The notes under the pieces are model-generated. The model had not been told where the DNA came from, did no database searches, and saw only the letters and a program-made list of their open reading frames with translations. From Polyangia bacterium (GTDB taxonomy: Bacteria > Myxococcota_A > Polyangia > JAAYKL01), in NCBI GenBank assembly GCA_050287845.1, contig JBNKCR010000098.1, positions 288,001-352,000 on the forward strand: a DNA stretch of 64,000 nt, given 5' to 3'. Below, piece after piece: positions 50,250 to 60,417 of the stretch (positions within the stretch are counted from its first letter, which is position 1; each line of letters opens with the position of its first letter). The position numbers and the translations under genes were made by a program.

Positions 50250-50870
50250 TTACTGATTGCACTGGGGAAAATCGTTGGCTTGCTTTTCGCCGCACGAATA
50301 GCTGCATGCAGTGCAGGGCATGCAGTACAGAATTTGACCAATCGCGTAAATGGCGTCCTGGGATGGACTGGAAAACAGACACGAAAGTGAGCAGTTCACC
50401 CAGTTGTCGCGGATGACGCAATCGGAGATGTCGTCCTCGCCGCAGCAATTGCTGGTGGCACAATCCAGGAGATCCGCACATCCGGCCGCAGAGTTGTCGT
50501 AGCAATCTTCAACCATTTTGGCGCAATCGTTCTCCGCTGCGCATGACCAGCACGATTCACAGGACACATTGTTGCCGTCGCAGCCATCGGAGTCGCTGTC
50601 TGAATCCGAGTCTGAATCTGAGTCTGAGTCTGAATCCGAGTCTGAATCTGAGTCTGAGTCTGAATCCGAGTCTGAATCCGAGTCTGAATCCGAGTCTGAA
50701 TCCGAGTCTGAGTCTGAGTCTGAGTCGCTATCCGAATCTGAATCGGAATCACTGTCTGCGGCGCCGGTGTCTATGTAGAATGGGTCGTCAGCAACGTGTT
50801 TGCAGGAACTGAGCACAAACATGGACAAAAGGAATACCCCCAGGTGAGAGACTGACGATTGAATCTGCAT
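50250..50870 (-). CDS. Lipoprotein with DS repeat and 18-Cys C-terminal domain
   Basis: AGGAG RBS; lipobox LSSC; about 28 DS dipeptides; Cys-rich tail. Confidence 0.85.
50586..50756 (-). repeat. Coding Asp-Ser repeat
   Basis: (tctgaatccgag/tctgag)n on the + strand. Confidence 0.93.
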
Positions 50871-51072
50871 ATGATCTCCTCAGCTGAATCGTTTGGAAGC
50901 CGGCTTCGTTTATTACCAGATGCTGATTATAACTATTTGTTGACCGACCGTGGACAAAGTCATCTTTTTATTTTCTGAAGCTTACTATTTCACAACAGAA
51001 ATACCAAAACAAGAACAATGTTCGGGAGGAGAAGATTCGCATGTCAGCGCGCTGCGGTCTGAAGCCCCATGG

Positions 51073-51186
51073 GTCGTTTTTCTGGCGCCTGTTCCGTCAT
51101 TCACCTGACAGTTCCTTTTCCAGTAGTTTTATAAGATTAATAATTTCAGCATGTTGCAGGATGAGAGGGGTGGCACGCCCTTTGTA
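51073..51186 (+). promoter_or_regulatory. Probable sigma-54 promoter with upstream activator-like palindromes for the flhA operon
   Basis: TGGCACGCCCTTTGT at 51171-51185 (GG-N10-GT; the -12 C is replaced by T); GTCA-N6-TGAC at 51096-51109 and GTCG-N6-TGGC at 51073-51086. Confidence 0.55.
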
Positions 51187-51239
51187 TTCCTATTCGATCG
51201 ACACTTGCACCCGACCTCAGACAGGAATTCAGGGGGAAC

Positions 51240-53318
51240 ATGGCAGTCTCGGATACCACACAAAAACCAAACAAGGGCGAGTACGCACTACCCATTTTGC
51301 TGGTGTGTGTCTTGCTGATGATGGTGTTGCCCATACCGGCATTCATCATCGACTTTTTTTTGACGTTAAGCATTGGCTTCTCACTGATGATTTTCATGGC
51401 CTCGGTATTCTCATTCCGCCCCATGGAATTGTCTCTGTTTCCCACATTGCTGCTGGTCTCCACACTCGTGCGACTCAGCATCAATGTGGCCACTACCCGG
51501 GCGATTCTGCTCAAAGGCGGTGAAGGTCCAGATGCTGCCGGCAATGTGATTCGCACTTTCGGTGAATTCGTGGTCGGTGGAAATTACGTGGTGGGTATCA
51601 TCATCTTCCTCGTCCTGGTGATTATCAATTTTGTGGTAATCACCAAAGGATCCGGCCGCGTGGCGGAAGTGGGCGCGAGGTTCACCCTTGACTCCATGCC
51701 CGGTAAACAGATGGCTATTGACGCGGATCTCGCTGCCGGGTTGATTGATGAACGGGAAGCCATCAGACGCCGACAGGATATTCAGGAAGAAGCGGATTTC
51801 TACGGGTCGATGGACGGTGCCAGCAAGTTTGTGCGCGGCGATGCCATGGCCGGATTGCTGATTACGGCAATCAACATCATCGCCGGTTTCATTATCGGCG
51901 TGGCGCAGTTTGAAATGTCCGCTGCAGAGTCCGGCGCGACATATACCATTCTTACCGTGGGGGATGGTCTGGTGTCCCAGATTCCCGCACTTCTGATCAG
52001 TACTGCTGCCGGTATTGTGGTAACGCGTTCAAGCTCCGGCAAGCAATTGGGCACTGAGATGGGCAATCAGATCTTTTCTCATCGAAAGGCGCTCAATATT
52101 TCAGGAGTCGTGTTGGGCGGATTGGCCCTGGTTCCCGGTCTGCCGGCAATCCCCTTCGTTGCGCTGGGGGGCTTCATGCTGTACTACGCACGCAAGCCAC
52201 GGCCTGTGACTTCAGAGGATGTTGAAGTTGATTCTGACGCGGAAGAGCCCATCACCGAAGGCGAGCGCCTTGCTGCGTTGCTGCCGCTGGACATGCTGGA
52301 AATTGAAGTTGGGTATGAGCTTGTACCGCTGGTGGATGTATCGCAGGGCGGGGAGTTAACGGATCGGATCGGTGGCCTGAGACGCAATCTGGTTACCGAG
52401 ATGGGCATCATCCTGCCTCCGATTCACGTTCGGGATAACCTCCAGCTTTCACCGAGAGAGTATCGTTTTCTTTTGTCCGGGACCGAGATTGGTCGAAGCG
52501 ATGTCCGTCCGGGACTTCTACTGGCTATCGATCCTGGCGGCGGTGCACCGGCTATTGACGGCGAACGGACCACAGAACCGGCATTTGGTTTGCCAGCCTG
52601 GTGGATTAATGCGGTCAATCGCGCCAGAGCGGAGAATATGGGATACACCGTTGTGGATCCGGCAACCGTGATGGTGACGCATATTACCGAGCTGGTGAAA
52701 GCCAGTGCCCACGAACTCCTCGGAAGAGCAGAGGCGCAGGATTTGTTCGATATACTGGCACGAAGCCATCCACGGCTGGTGGAAGAACTGATACCGGCAG
52801 TGATGAGCGCCACGGATGTGATACGAGTGTTGAGAAACTTGCTGGCCGAAGGCATCAGCATCCGGGATTTGCGATCGATTTTCGAAGTATTGTCGGAGTT
52901 TGGCTCGCATACCAAGGACACTACTGAATTGACGGAATATGTACGGGCGCGTCTTGCCCGAACCATCACGGAGAGATTCAGAAGTGAGAATAAGAAGGTT
53001 CAGGGGCTGGTACTGGATGGTGGTCTGGAAAATGAGCTGCGGCAATCCACCGGGGGCAAGCCGCTTCATCTCATTGGCGTGGAACCCAGACTGGGTAGAA
53101 GACTGCTTGAACATGTTGAAAAATTGGCGGTCGAGTTCAGCCGTTCGACGGCTCCACCCGTTCTGGTGACCTCTCCGGATGTGCGAAAGGGCGTCTCAGA
53201 TTTTATAAAACCAAGAGTTCCGGGCCTTTCCGTGATTTCGTATGCGGAAGTCACAACTGGTACGGAAATTGTACCTCTGGGTGTTGTCGGGTTACCCGAC
53301 GGGCAGATTAACAGGTGA
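51240..53318 (+). CDS. flhA: Flagellar export gate protein FlhA
   Basis: FPTLLL, ITKGSGRVAEVGARFTLDSMPGKQMAIDADL, FYGSMDGASKFVRGDA, GDGLVSQIPAL, EPAFGLPA. Confidence 0.97.
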   Translation: MAVSDTTQKPNKGEYALPILLVCVLLMMVLPIPAFIIDFFLTLSIGFSLMIFMASVFSFRPMELSLFPTLLLVSTLVRLSINVATTRAILLKGGEGPDAAGNVIRTFGEFVVGGNYVVGIIIFLVLVIINFVVITKGSGRVAEVGARFTLDSMPGKQMAIDADLAAGLIDEREAIRRRQDIQEEADFYGSMDGASKFVRGDAMAGLLITAINIIAGFIIGVAQFEMSAAESGATYTILTVGDGLVSQIPALLISTAAGIVVTRSSSGKQLGTEMGNQIFSHRKALNISGVVLGGLALVPGLPAIPFVALGGFMLYYARKPRPVTSEDVEVDSDAEEPITEGERLAALLPLDMLEIEVGYELVPLVDVSQGGELTDRIGGLRRNLVTEMGIILPPIHVRDNLQLSPREYRFLLSGTEIGRSDVRPGLLLAIDPGGGAPAIDGERTTEPAFGLPAWWINAVNRARAENMGYTVVDPATVMVTHITELVKASAHELLGRAEAQDLFDILARSHPRLVEELIPAVMSATDVIRVLRNLLAEGISIRDLRSIFEVLSEFGSHTKDTTELTEYVRARLARTITERFRSENKKVQGLVLDGGLENELRQSTGGKPLHLIGVEPRLGRRLLEHVEKLAVEFSRSTAPPVLVTSPDVRKGVSDFIKPRVPGLSVISYAEVTTGTEIVPLGVVGLPDGQINR

Positions 53319-53323
53319 GCAAT

Positions 53324-54532
53324 ATGGAAACCAGACAATTCCGGGCAAAGACAATGAGTGAAGCACTTAGAGAAACCAGGAAGGCTCTTGGTGCGGATGC
53401 CATGATTATATCCGCACGTACCATGGATGGGCCGTCAGGGTATGTGGAGGTCACCGCTGTCGGCAATGGGGAATCAAAGAAAAAGAATGCAGGGATAGCC
53501 GCCAAATACGGAATTGGACGAAAGGTTGAGAAACAGACGGAAACAGATGATATTTCCCCTCAATTCATCAATGAGGAACAGATTCAGAAAAGCATTGAAC
53601 CCCTTAAAAGGGAGATGATGACCCTCCGCAAGATGATTGCGGACCTCAGTCAGATTACAAACCAGGCCGTGTTGCCCGGATTTAATGATTTAAGAACTCT
53701 TATAATGGAAGCTTCTCAGGAGCAGGAGGCGTCGAGGTTGCTTGGTCCTGTGTACACGGAATTGCTTGAACTGGGATTGTTGCCCGACATCGCGCGTGAT
53801 CTGGTTCGGACGGCAGAGATGAAGGTGGGGTTGAAGGATGTGGATCGCAAGGATTGGATGAATCTCGCCCGGGGAGTGGTACGGGAGTTGGTGACGCAGC
53901 GTATCCGGTTGGCCGGTCCGATGGTGGCTGGAGAGGGAAGTCGCATTTTCGTGTTCGCAGGTCCAAGCGGTGTGGGGAAAACCACAACGCTTGCCAAAGT
54001 GGCATCCCGGATGGCGCTGTCAGAGGGGCTGGACGTGGTGATTATCACGACCGATACATATCGAGTGGGATCCATCGATCAATCCCGTCGGTATGCCGAG
54101 CTGATTGGCGTGCCGCTCGTGGTGGCCGATCGTCCGGAAACCATGGCTACCGCACTCCGCTCATATGCCCATGCAGATGCTTTCCTGATTGATACTCCCG
54201 GACGGGCATTTGAAAATGAAAAGGTCCGCAACATGCTGCAGGAAGTGCTGTTCGCCACCGGTGAGCCCATGGAAACCCATCTGCTTGTAAGTGCTTCGTA
54301 TTCAACTTCTCAGCAGGAAGCCGTCATCCGCAATTTTGCGCCCATGCATCCGAGTCGTCTGATCATGACCAAAATTGATGAGTGCGTGGAATTGGGCGCA
54401 TTGGTGAACATTCAACACGTAACCGATTTACCATTCTCGTATCTGACCCGCGGCCATCGCGTTCCGGAGGACATTGAAGTCGCCGGGGCGGGTCGAATCG
54501 CTCAGTTACTTTTCAGAACTATTATGGAGTAG
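53324..54532 (+). CDS. flhF: Flagellar SRP-like GTPase FlhF
   Basis: FRAKTMSEAL..LGADAMII, GPSGVGKTTTLAK, TDTYR, IDTPG, TKIDE, VPEDI. Confidence 0.95.
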   Translation: METRQFRAKTMSEALRETRKALGADAMIISARTMDGPSGYVEVTAVGNGESKKKNAGIAAKYGIGRKVEKQTETDDISPQFINEEQIQKSIEPLKREMMTLRKMIADLSQITNQAVLPGFNDLRTLIMEASQEQEASRLLGPVYTELLELGLLPDIARDLVRTAEMKVGLKDVDRKDWMNLARGVVRELVTQRIRLAGPMVAGEGSRIFVFAGPSGVGKTTTLAKVASRMALSEGLDVVIITTDTYRVGSIDQSRRYAELIGVPLVVADRPETMATALRSYAHADAFLIDTPGRAFENEKVRNMLQEVLFATGEPMETHLLVSASYSTSQQEAVIRNFAPMHPSRLIMTKIDECVELGALVNIQHVTDLPFSYLTRGHRVPEDIEVAGAGRIAQLLFRTIME

Positions 54533-54535
54533 ACA

Positions 54536-55375
54536 ATGAATAGTGTTTCCGAACCGGCCAATCATCCCATTCAGTTGCCGCGAGTATATCGCGGAAAGGG
54601 ATTGAGCATCATTTCCGTGTCTGGCGGTAAAGGCGGCGTGGGCAAGAGTTCGGTTTCTGCCAATCTGTCCATTGCGCTGTCGCAGCTGGGCGGTCGAGTA
54701 CTGCTACTCGATGGAGATTTGGCCATGGCCAATGCGGATCAGATGCTGGGCATCCACGTTCCCACCACACTGTGGAACGTGATTCATGGTGATGTGCAAC
54801 TCGAGGAAGCCGTGGTGAAGACCCCCTGGGGCGTCTCCTTGCTGTGCGCCAGTTCCGGTCGCCGGGAGATGGCCGAACTCGATGAACCCACCCGGTTGTC
54901 ATTGCTGGAGAGTGTTCGGGTACTGGGCGGGCAGTTTGATTACGTTGTGATTGACACCCCGGCTGGTATCGGTGGTGTATCCATCGATTTCGCTTCCGCC
55001 GCAGACATGGTTCTGGCAGTCGCCACACCGGACCCGGCCAGTGTACGGGATGTCTTTGCCATTATGAAAGTTCTGTCGAAGGACAAAGGGGTGAAACGGA
55101 TTCAGCTGGTTGCCAATATGGTGTCTTCAAAAGGGGAAGGTGTGGATTTATATAAGCGGGTATCCGGCGTCGCAGCAAGATTTCTTCCGGTTACCCTGGG
55201 ACTGGGCGGCATCATCATGAAAGATCCGTCCATGCAAAAAGCCATTCGGGAGCGACTTCCCGTGATGAGCATGTACCCCGATGCCATTTCCAGCAGACAG
55301 ATAAACAGTCTGGCCACTCACCTGGTGGCAGTGGAACGGGAAATGCTCAATGAACAGAGCATTACCGCGGAGTGA
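54536..55375 (+). CDS. flhG: MinD-like flagellar number regulator FlhG/FleN
   Basis: SGGKGGVGKS, LDGDLAMAN, IDTPAGI, TPDPAS; located between flhF and fliA. Confidence 0.93.
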   Translation: MNSVSEPANHPIQLPRVYRGKGLSIISVSGGKGGVGKSSVSANLSIALSQLGGRVLLLDGDLAMANADQMLGIHVPTTLWNVIHGDVQLEEAVVKTPWGVSLLCASSGRREMAELDEPTRLSLLESVRVLGGQFDYVVIDTPAGIGGVSIDFASAADMVLAVATPDPASVRDVFAIMKVLSKDKGVKRIQLVANMVSSKGEGVDLYKRVSGVAARFLPVTLGLGGIIMKDPSMQKAIRERLPVMSMYPDAISSRQINSLATHLVAVEREMLNEQSITAE

Positions 55376-55386
55376 AGGAGAGCGCC

Positions 55387-56121
55387 ATGACCAAAGCCCC
55401 TCCAAAAAAAGAATATACAGTGTCTGTCGAGAAACGGAACGAACTGGCCACCAATTACCTGCCCATCGTGAGAAAGATTGCGATGGGGTTGTCTACCAGA
55501 GCGCCCTCCAGCGTGAGTTTTGACGATTTGGTTGGCGCTGGACTCATCGGACTGATGGATGCGGCCAGTCGGTATGATCCGGAGCGTCGGGAGCAATTCG
55601 GATCGTTTGTGGCAACCCGGGTTCGCGGCGCGATGATTGATGAATTGCGCAACAATGACCCGTTGTCCCGGGATTTGCGACAGAAATCGAATAAGCTGAC
55701 GAAGACCATTCATAACCTGACCCACGAGTTGAAGCGTCAACCGGGAGAAGACGAGATCGCGGAACGGATGGGGATTGAATTGAGCGAATATTTTTCCCTT
55801 CTGGTTCAACTGCAGCAGGCGACGTTTTTATCTCCGGTAAATGTGGAGCAGGCGCTGGAATCGTCGAAAGGGTTGATGGATACAGCCCCCGGGAATCCGC
55901 AGGATAATTATCTGTTTGCAGAACTTACCGGGCGCCTGGCCAGGGCGATTGCAAAGCTCAGTGAAAAAGAGCAGCGCATATTGTCCATGTATTACAAAGA
56001 TGAGTTGTCTCTGAAGGAGATTGGCGATCGTTTTGGTGTGACTGATTCGAGAGCCTGTCAGATTCGCACTCAGGCCATTCATCGCCTGAAGGCTTTAATA
56101 GAAGAGGAAAAAAATGGCTAG
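55387..56121 (+). CDS. fliA: Flagellar sigma factor FliA (sigma28)
   Basis: DDLVGAGLIGLMDA, RVRGAMIDELR..D.LSR, LSLKEIG..FGVTDSRACQI; AAGGAG RBS. Confidence 0.95.
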   Translation: MTKAPPKKEYTVSVEKRNELATNYLPIVRKIAMGLSTRAPSSVSFDDLVGAGLIGLMDAASRYDPERREQFGSFVATRVRGAMIDELRNNDPLSRDLRQKSNKLTKTIHNLTHELKRQPGEDEIAERMGIELSEYFSLLVQLQQATFLSPVNVEQALESSKGLMDTAPGNPQDNYLFAELTGRLARAIAKLSEKEQRILSMYYKDELSLKEIGDRFGVTDSRACQIRTQAIHRLKALIEEEKNG

Positions 56122-56833
56122 TGGGATTTATGCAGCGTTGTCCGGTGCCATCGCCAGTGAGGCAAGAGTGGATATTCTTTCTCATAATCTGGCGAATGCG
56201 CACACCACCGGATTTCAGGGATTTCGGACAGTGTTGGAGACCGCGCAGGGGGCAGTGAAAAATGAAGAACTGACATTTGCATCTGTACCGCAGGCCATTA
56301 CAGATACATCGCCCGGTCCCATTGTCAATACAACAGATCCATTGGATTTGGCGTTGTTCAACGGTGTGTATATGGGTGTGGAGAGCGGTGGGGAACGGGG
56401 ATATATCCGCGGGGGGACATTATTGCCCATGGAGGATGGTCGTGTGCTGACCACCGAAGGGCACGTGGTGCTGGATGAGAGTGGTGCACAACTGGTGGTG
56501 CCTGCAGATGTTCGGGATTTGAGAGTTCAGAGTGATGGGGCGGTACTGGCGGACGGAACGGAAGTTGGCCGATTGAGTCTGGTGGAATTTCAGAATGAGA
56601 GTGGACTGATTCAGGATCAGGGACGATTCATCGTGGATGGCGGAAATGCCAATCCCGTTGCTGCCGCGGCAAATCGTCCGGTGATGCCCGGATATCTGGA
56701 GATGTCGAATATCAGCGCCGTAAAGAGTATGACGGACCTGATTTCTGCTCAGCATTCATACTCCGCATCCATTAAGGTGATTGAATCAATGCAGATGATG
56801 GAGAAGAAGGCAGCTGAAGGTCTGATAGGCTGA
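56114..56833 (+). CDS. flgF: Flagellar basal-body rod protein FlgF
   Basis: LSHNLANAHTTGF, TTDPLDLAL, GYLEMSN; precedes flgG. Confidence 0.88.
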   Translation: MASGIYAALSGAIASEARVDILSHNLANAHTTGFQGFRTVLETAQGAVKNEELTFASVPQAITDTSPGPIVNTTDPLDLALFNGVYMGVESGGERGYIRGGTLLPMEDGRVLTTEGHVVLDESGAQLVVPADVRDLRVQSDGAVLADGTEVGRLSLVEFQNESGLIQDQGRFIVDGGNANPVAAAANRPVMPGYLEMSNISAVKSMTDLISAQHSYSASIKVIESMQMMEKKAAEGLIG

Positions 56834-56855
56834 GGCTGATTGAAGGAGCAATATC

Positions 56856-57647
56856 ATGATAAGAGCACTATCCAATGCGGCCAGTGGAATGAGAGCGCAG
56901 GAAACCAATATCGACGTTCTTTCGAACAACTTGGCCAACGTGAATACCTCCGGGTACAAACGTGCTCGCGCGGAATTCGCGGATTTGCTGTACAGCAGAC
57001 AGCGCATGGCCGGAGGCAATGGCGGCACGGGTTCGCCGCTTCCGGTGGGCGAAGAAATCGGTAACGGCGTTCGAACAGTAGCCACTTATAAAAGTTTCAC
57101 CGATGGCGAGGTGAAAGAGACCTCCAATCCCCTTGATTTGACCATCGAAGGGAAGGGTTTTTTTCAGGTGCTTCTTCCCGACGGCAATACCGCCTACACC
57201 CGTGCCGGCACATTTAAAACCAATGCGGATGGACAACTGGTGAACTCGGATGGCTATGCATTGTCGCCGGGCGTTTCGATTCCCGCAGATGCCACGTCAA
57301 TCAGCATCTCAGAATCCGGCACGGTCAGTGTCACTCTGGGGAACGATACGACCCAGGTGGATATTGGGCAAATCCAGATTGCGACGTTCGCCAATCCTTC
57401 CGGGATGACATCCATGGGTCGAAATCTGTATGGCGCAACCAGTGCATCCGGTCAGCCCATTTCCGGAACGCCGGGAGAGGACGGCGCCGGTCGTCTGCTT
57501 CAGGGATTTCTGGAAATGTCGAACGTGCGCGTTGTAAGTGAAATGATTGACTTGATTTCAGCTCAGCGCGCCTACGAAATTAACTCGAAGGTGATTAAAG
57601 CCTCGGACGAAATGTTGGGACAGGCCACACGTCTGGGTAGAGCATAG
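56856..57647 (+). CDS. flgG: Flagellar distal rod protein FlgG
   Basis: ASGMRAQE, SNNLANVNTSGYK, GFFQV, YTRAG, LEMSNV, AQRAYEINSK. Confidence 0.97.
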   Translation: MIRALSNAASGMRAQETNIDVLSNNLANVNTSGYKRARAEFADLLYSRQRMAGGNGGTGSPLPVGEEIGNGVRTVATYKSFTDGEVKETSNPLDLTIEGKGFFQVLLPDGNTAYTRAGTFKTNADGQLVNSDGYALSPGVSIPADATSISISESGTVSVTLGNDTTQVDIGQIQIATFANPSGMTSMGRNLYGATSASGQPISGTPGEDGAGRLLQGFLEMSNVRVVSEMIDLISAQRAYEINSKVIKASDEMLGQATRLGRA

Positions 57648-57661
57648 GGAGTCAGGTAGTC

Positions 57662-58567
57662 ATGAAGGCACTTATTTCAGCGTTCATTCTGGTTACAATT
57701 CTGGGTGGGGCGAGCAGCGGAATGGCGGCGGTGAAAAAAGTGGATTCTCCTTTTGTATATGCCAGAGATCTCATCAGAGATTGTCAGGATTTCTGTGATA
57801 TTCAGGTGGCAGATGCTCCCGCTCCCGGACAGCGTCTGGTAATCTATTCGCGATACGTCGTTGATAGCCTTGACGCCGCAGGATTCAATGTGTGCAAACG
57901 AAAGTTCCCCAAAACGTTCCGGGTAATCCGGTCTTCAAAGAGTGTCACGGCCAACCGAATGACCGATGCGGCGCGGAAGGCCATTGAAGATATTCTGCCA
58001 GCGGGGGTGATTCTGGAGACCATGGGAAATGTACCTGGCGGTGACGTACCCACCGGGTCGTGGGAAGCAATTGCCGTGTATGACGAAACCGTGGGATTTC
58101 AGCGCACCCGCAGTATCCCGGTTGCTTTTTTGCATGAGGGGGTACCGTTTCGCAAAATATTTGTTCTGTGTCGGATGACCTATCGGGTGAAGGTGCCAGT
58201 GGCCACTATGGATATCCGGAGAGATGAAATGATCTCCTCAGCGGACATTGCATATCGTGAAATGGAAATGGATACGCCCATCCGAAACGCACTGCTGGAC
58301 GTGCATGATATCGTGGGCAAAAAGAGCCGCGGCGTTATCCGGAAAGGCAGTTTCTTTGAAAGTCGCACTCTGATTGAGATTCCCCTGGTCAAACGGGGAG
58401 ATCTCATTACGGTTGTTTCAAATGTGAATGGGATTCGGATTTCCGCCCGGGGAATCGCCAGACAGGATGCCGTTCGGGGGGCGCGAATCGCCGTTGAAAT
58501 CCCCACAGTGGGAAAAATCCTGTTTGCAGAAATCGTTTCAATCGGGGTGGGAGTGGTGCAGCAATGA
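57662..58567 (+). CDS. flgA: P-ring formation chaperone FlgA
   Basis: Signal peptide; SAF-like C-terminus PLVKRGDLITV...SARGIARQD; gene position. Confidence 0.85.
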   Translation: MKALISAFILVTILGGASSGMAAVKKVDSPFVYARDLIRDCQDFCDIQVADAPAPGQRLVIYSRYVVDSLDAAGFNVCKRKFPKTFRVIRSSKSVTANRMTDAARKAIEDILPAGVILETMGNVPGGDVPTGSWEAIAVYDETVGFQRTRSIPVAFLHEGVPFRKIFVLCRMTYRVKVPVATMDIRRDEMISSADIAYREMEMDTPIRNALLDVHDIVGKKSRGVIRKGSFFESRTLIEIPLVKRGDLITVVSNVNGIRISARGIARQDAVRGARIAVEIPTVGKILFAEIVSIGVGVVQQ

Positions 58568-59289
58568 AGAGAAAGAATGAAAAGATTATCACTGTGAATG
58601 CATTCTTGCTCGGTATCGCCGCCATGTCTCTTCTGTCTGCCTGCGAACCGCGGCATATCCGTGCGTATACCCCCAGGGAACGAAAATATGATCCCAAGGA
58701 ATACGAAGAAGTGCAAATGGCCAGGCCGGAGGAAACCGGGTCAATATGGTCGGATTCCAGTCCCAGCCTGTTTGAAGATCTCCGGGCGTCTCGCATTGGC
58801 GATATTCTGACGGTTGTCATTGATGAAAAACAGAAGGGGTCGGGAGATGCCAATACCACACTGTCGGATCAATCGTCGATGGATGCGGGGATGAGCAAAT
58901 TCTTTGGTCTGATGACGGCGTTGGTGAGCGCGTATCCGGATATTGAATCGGAAAAACTGATTAGTCTTTTAAGCAGCAATGATTTCCAGGGAGATGGCAG
59001 CACCTCCCGAAGCAGTCAGCTGGAAGGGAGGATCGCAGTGCGTGTGAAGAAGGTGCTCCCGAACGGTGATCTGTTTATTGAGGGTCACAAGGTGATTCTG
59101 ATAAATGCGGAAGAATTGCACTTTTATGTGAGCGGTGCCATTCGCCAGAGCGATGTTCGGCCGGACAACTCCGTGTCGTCATCACTCATTGCGGATGCGC
59201 AGGTGGAGTTCTCCGGACGCGGTGTTATCTCGGATAAACAGTCTCCGGGATGGTTGCAGCGAATTGCGGATAAATACAGTCCCATTTAG
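58564..59289 (+). CDS. flgH: Flagellar L-ring protein FlgH
   Basis: Lipobox LSAC; TGSIW, LFEDLRA..IGDILTV, VLPNGDLFIEG, IADA. Confidence 0.95.
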   Translation: MKRKNEKIITVNAFLLGIAAMSLLSACEPRHIRAYTPRERKYDPKEYEEVQMARPEETGSIWSDSSPSLFEDLRASRIGDILTVVIDEKQKGSGDANTTLSDQSSMDAGMSKFFGLMTALVSAYPDIESEKLISLLSSNDFQGDGSTSRSSQLEGRIAVRVKKVLPNGDLFIEGHKVILINAEELHFYVSGAIRQSDVRPDNSVSSSLIADAQVEFSGRGVISDKQSPGWLQRIADKYSPI

Positions 59290-59304
59290 GAAGGTACGGC
59301 GAAC

Positions 59305-60417
59305 GTGATGAAACGGTTGAAAGAATTTCTGTTGGCAATTTCGATGGTGGGGGTTGTGTGTGCAGTAAAACCCGCTGAAGCGGATTCTTTCAAACATATG
59401 ACCGACCTGGTGGGCGCCAGGCCGAATCAGCTGGTGGGATATGGCATCGTGGTGGGCCTGAACGGTACGGGCGATGGCGCAAAAGCGGAATTCACTCTGC
59501 AGTCTGTTGCGGCAATGCTCCGTCGACTGGGCGTCAGAGTAAATCCGGACACAATCAAGATCAAGAACGTGGCGGCCGTGATAGTTACCGCGGAACTGCC
59601 CGCGTTTTCGGCCATGGGTCAGAAGCTGGATGTTACGGTGTCGTCATTGGGGGACGCTCAGAGTCTGCGGGGTGGCACCCTGATTCAAACCCCTCTCCGG
59701 GGCGCGGACAGGCAGATTTACGCAGTGGCCCAGGGATCCGTCAGCGTTGGCGGCGTGTCGGCTTCGGGGCAGGGGAGCAGCAAGACATCCAACCATCCCA
59801 CCGTTGGCCGTGTCCCTGAAGGTGCACTGATTGAAAGGGAAGTGAGAACAACCCTGGCCAGAGAAGACGCGATTCGTTTTGCCCTTCGTATGCCGAGTTT
59901 CACGGTGGCCGCCGATGCCGTGGTTCGAATCAATGAGGCACTGAAAGGGAACTTTGCCATGGCTCACGACGCCGGAAATATCACGGTGAAAGTCCCGCAG
60001 GCGTACAAGAATAATACGGTGGGTCTGATAGCAGTGGTGGGAAATGTACAGTTGCAGCCCGAAGGCCTTGCGAAAATCGTGATCAACGAACGCACGGGGA
60101 CGGTGGTGGCCGGCTCAGAAGTGCGATTGCGTCCCGCAGCCGTCGCCCATGGGGGGTTGACCGTTGAAATTACCGAAGAAAAGGAAGTGGTTCAGCCGGA
60201 TACGCCCCTGGCCGGTGGTAAAACCGTGGAGACGGACAATACCGACGTGAGCATTGAGTTTGAGCCGGGAGATTTGCATTATGTGCCGGAAACCACATCG
60301 GTGGGAGACCTGGTCAATGCATTGAATACACTGGGGGTGAAGCCCTCGGATATGATTATTATTTTTCAATCGTTGAAGTCGGCCGGTGCCATCAACGCGG
60401 AGATTGAGGTTCAGTAA
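59305..60417 (+). CDS. flgI: Flagellar P-ring protein FlgI
   Basis: NQLVGYGIVVGLNGTGD, KNVAAV, DVTVSSLGDA.SLRGGTL, INERTGTVV, LKSAGAI. Confidence 0.97.
   Translation: MMKRLKEFLLAISMVGVVCAVKPAEADSFKHMTDLVGARPNQLVGYGIVVGLNGTGDGAKAEFTLQSVAAMLRRLGVRVNPDTIKIKNVAAVIVTAELPAFSAMGQKLDVTVSSLGDAQSLRGGTLIQTPLRGADRQIYAVAQGSVSVGGVSASGQGSSKTSNHPTVGRVPEGALIEREVRTTLAREDAIRFALRMPSFTVAADAVVRINEALKGNFAMAHDAGNITVKVPQAYKNNTVGLIAVVGNVQLQPEGLAKIVINERTGTVVAGSEVRLRPAAVAHGGLTVEITEEKEVVQPDTPLAGGKTVETDNTDVSIEFEPGDLHYVPETTSVGDLVNALNTLGVKPSDMIIIFQSLKSAGAINAEIEVQ

Noticed and set aside
51240..53318. Injectisome SctV rather than FlhA
   Set aside because: Followed directly by flhF, flhG, fliA and rod/ring genes
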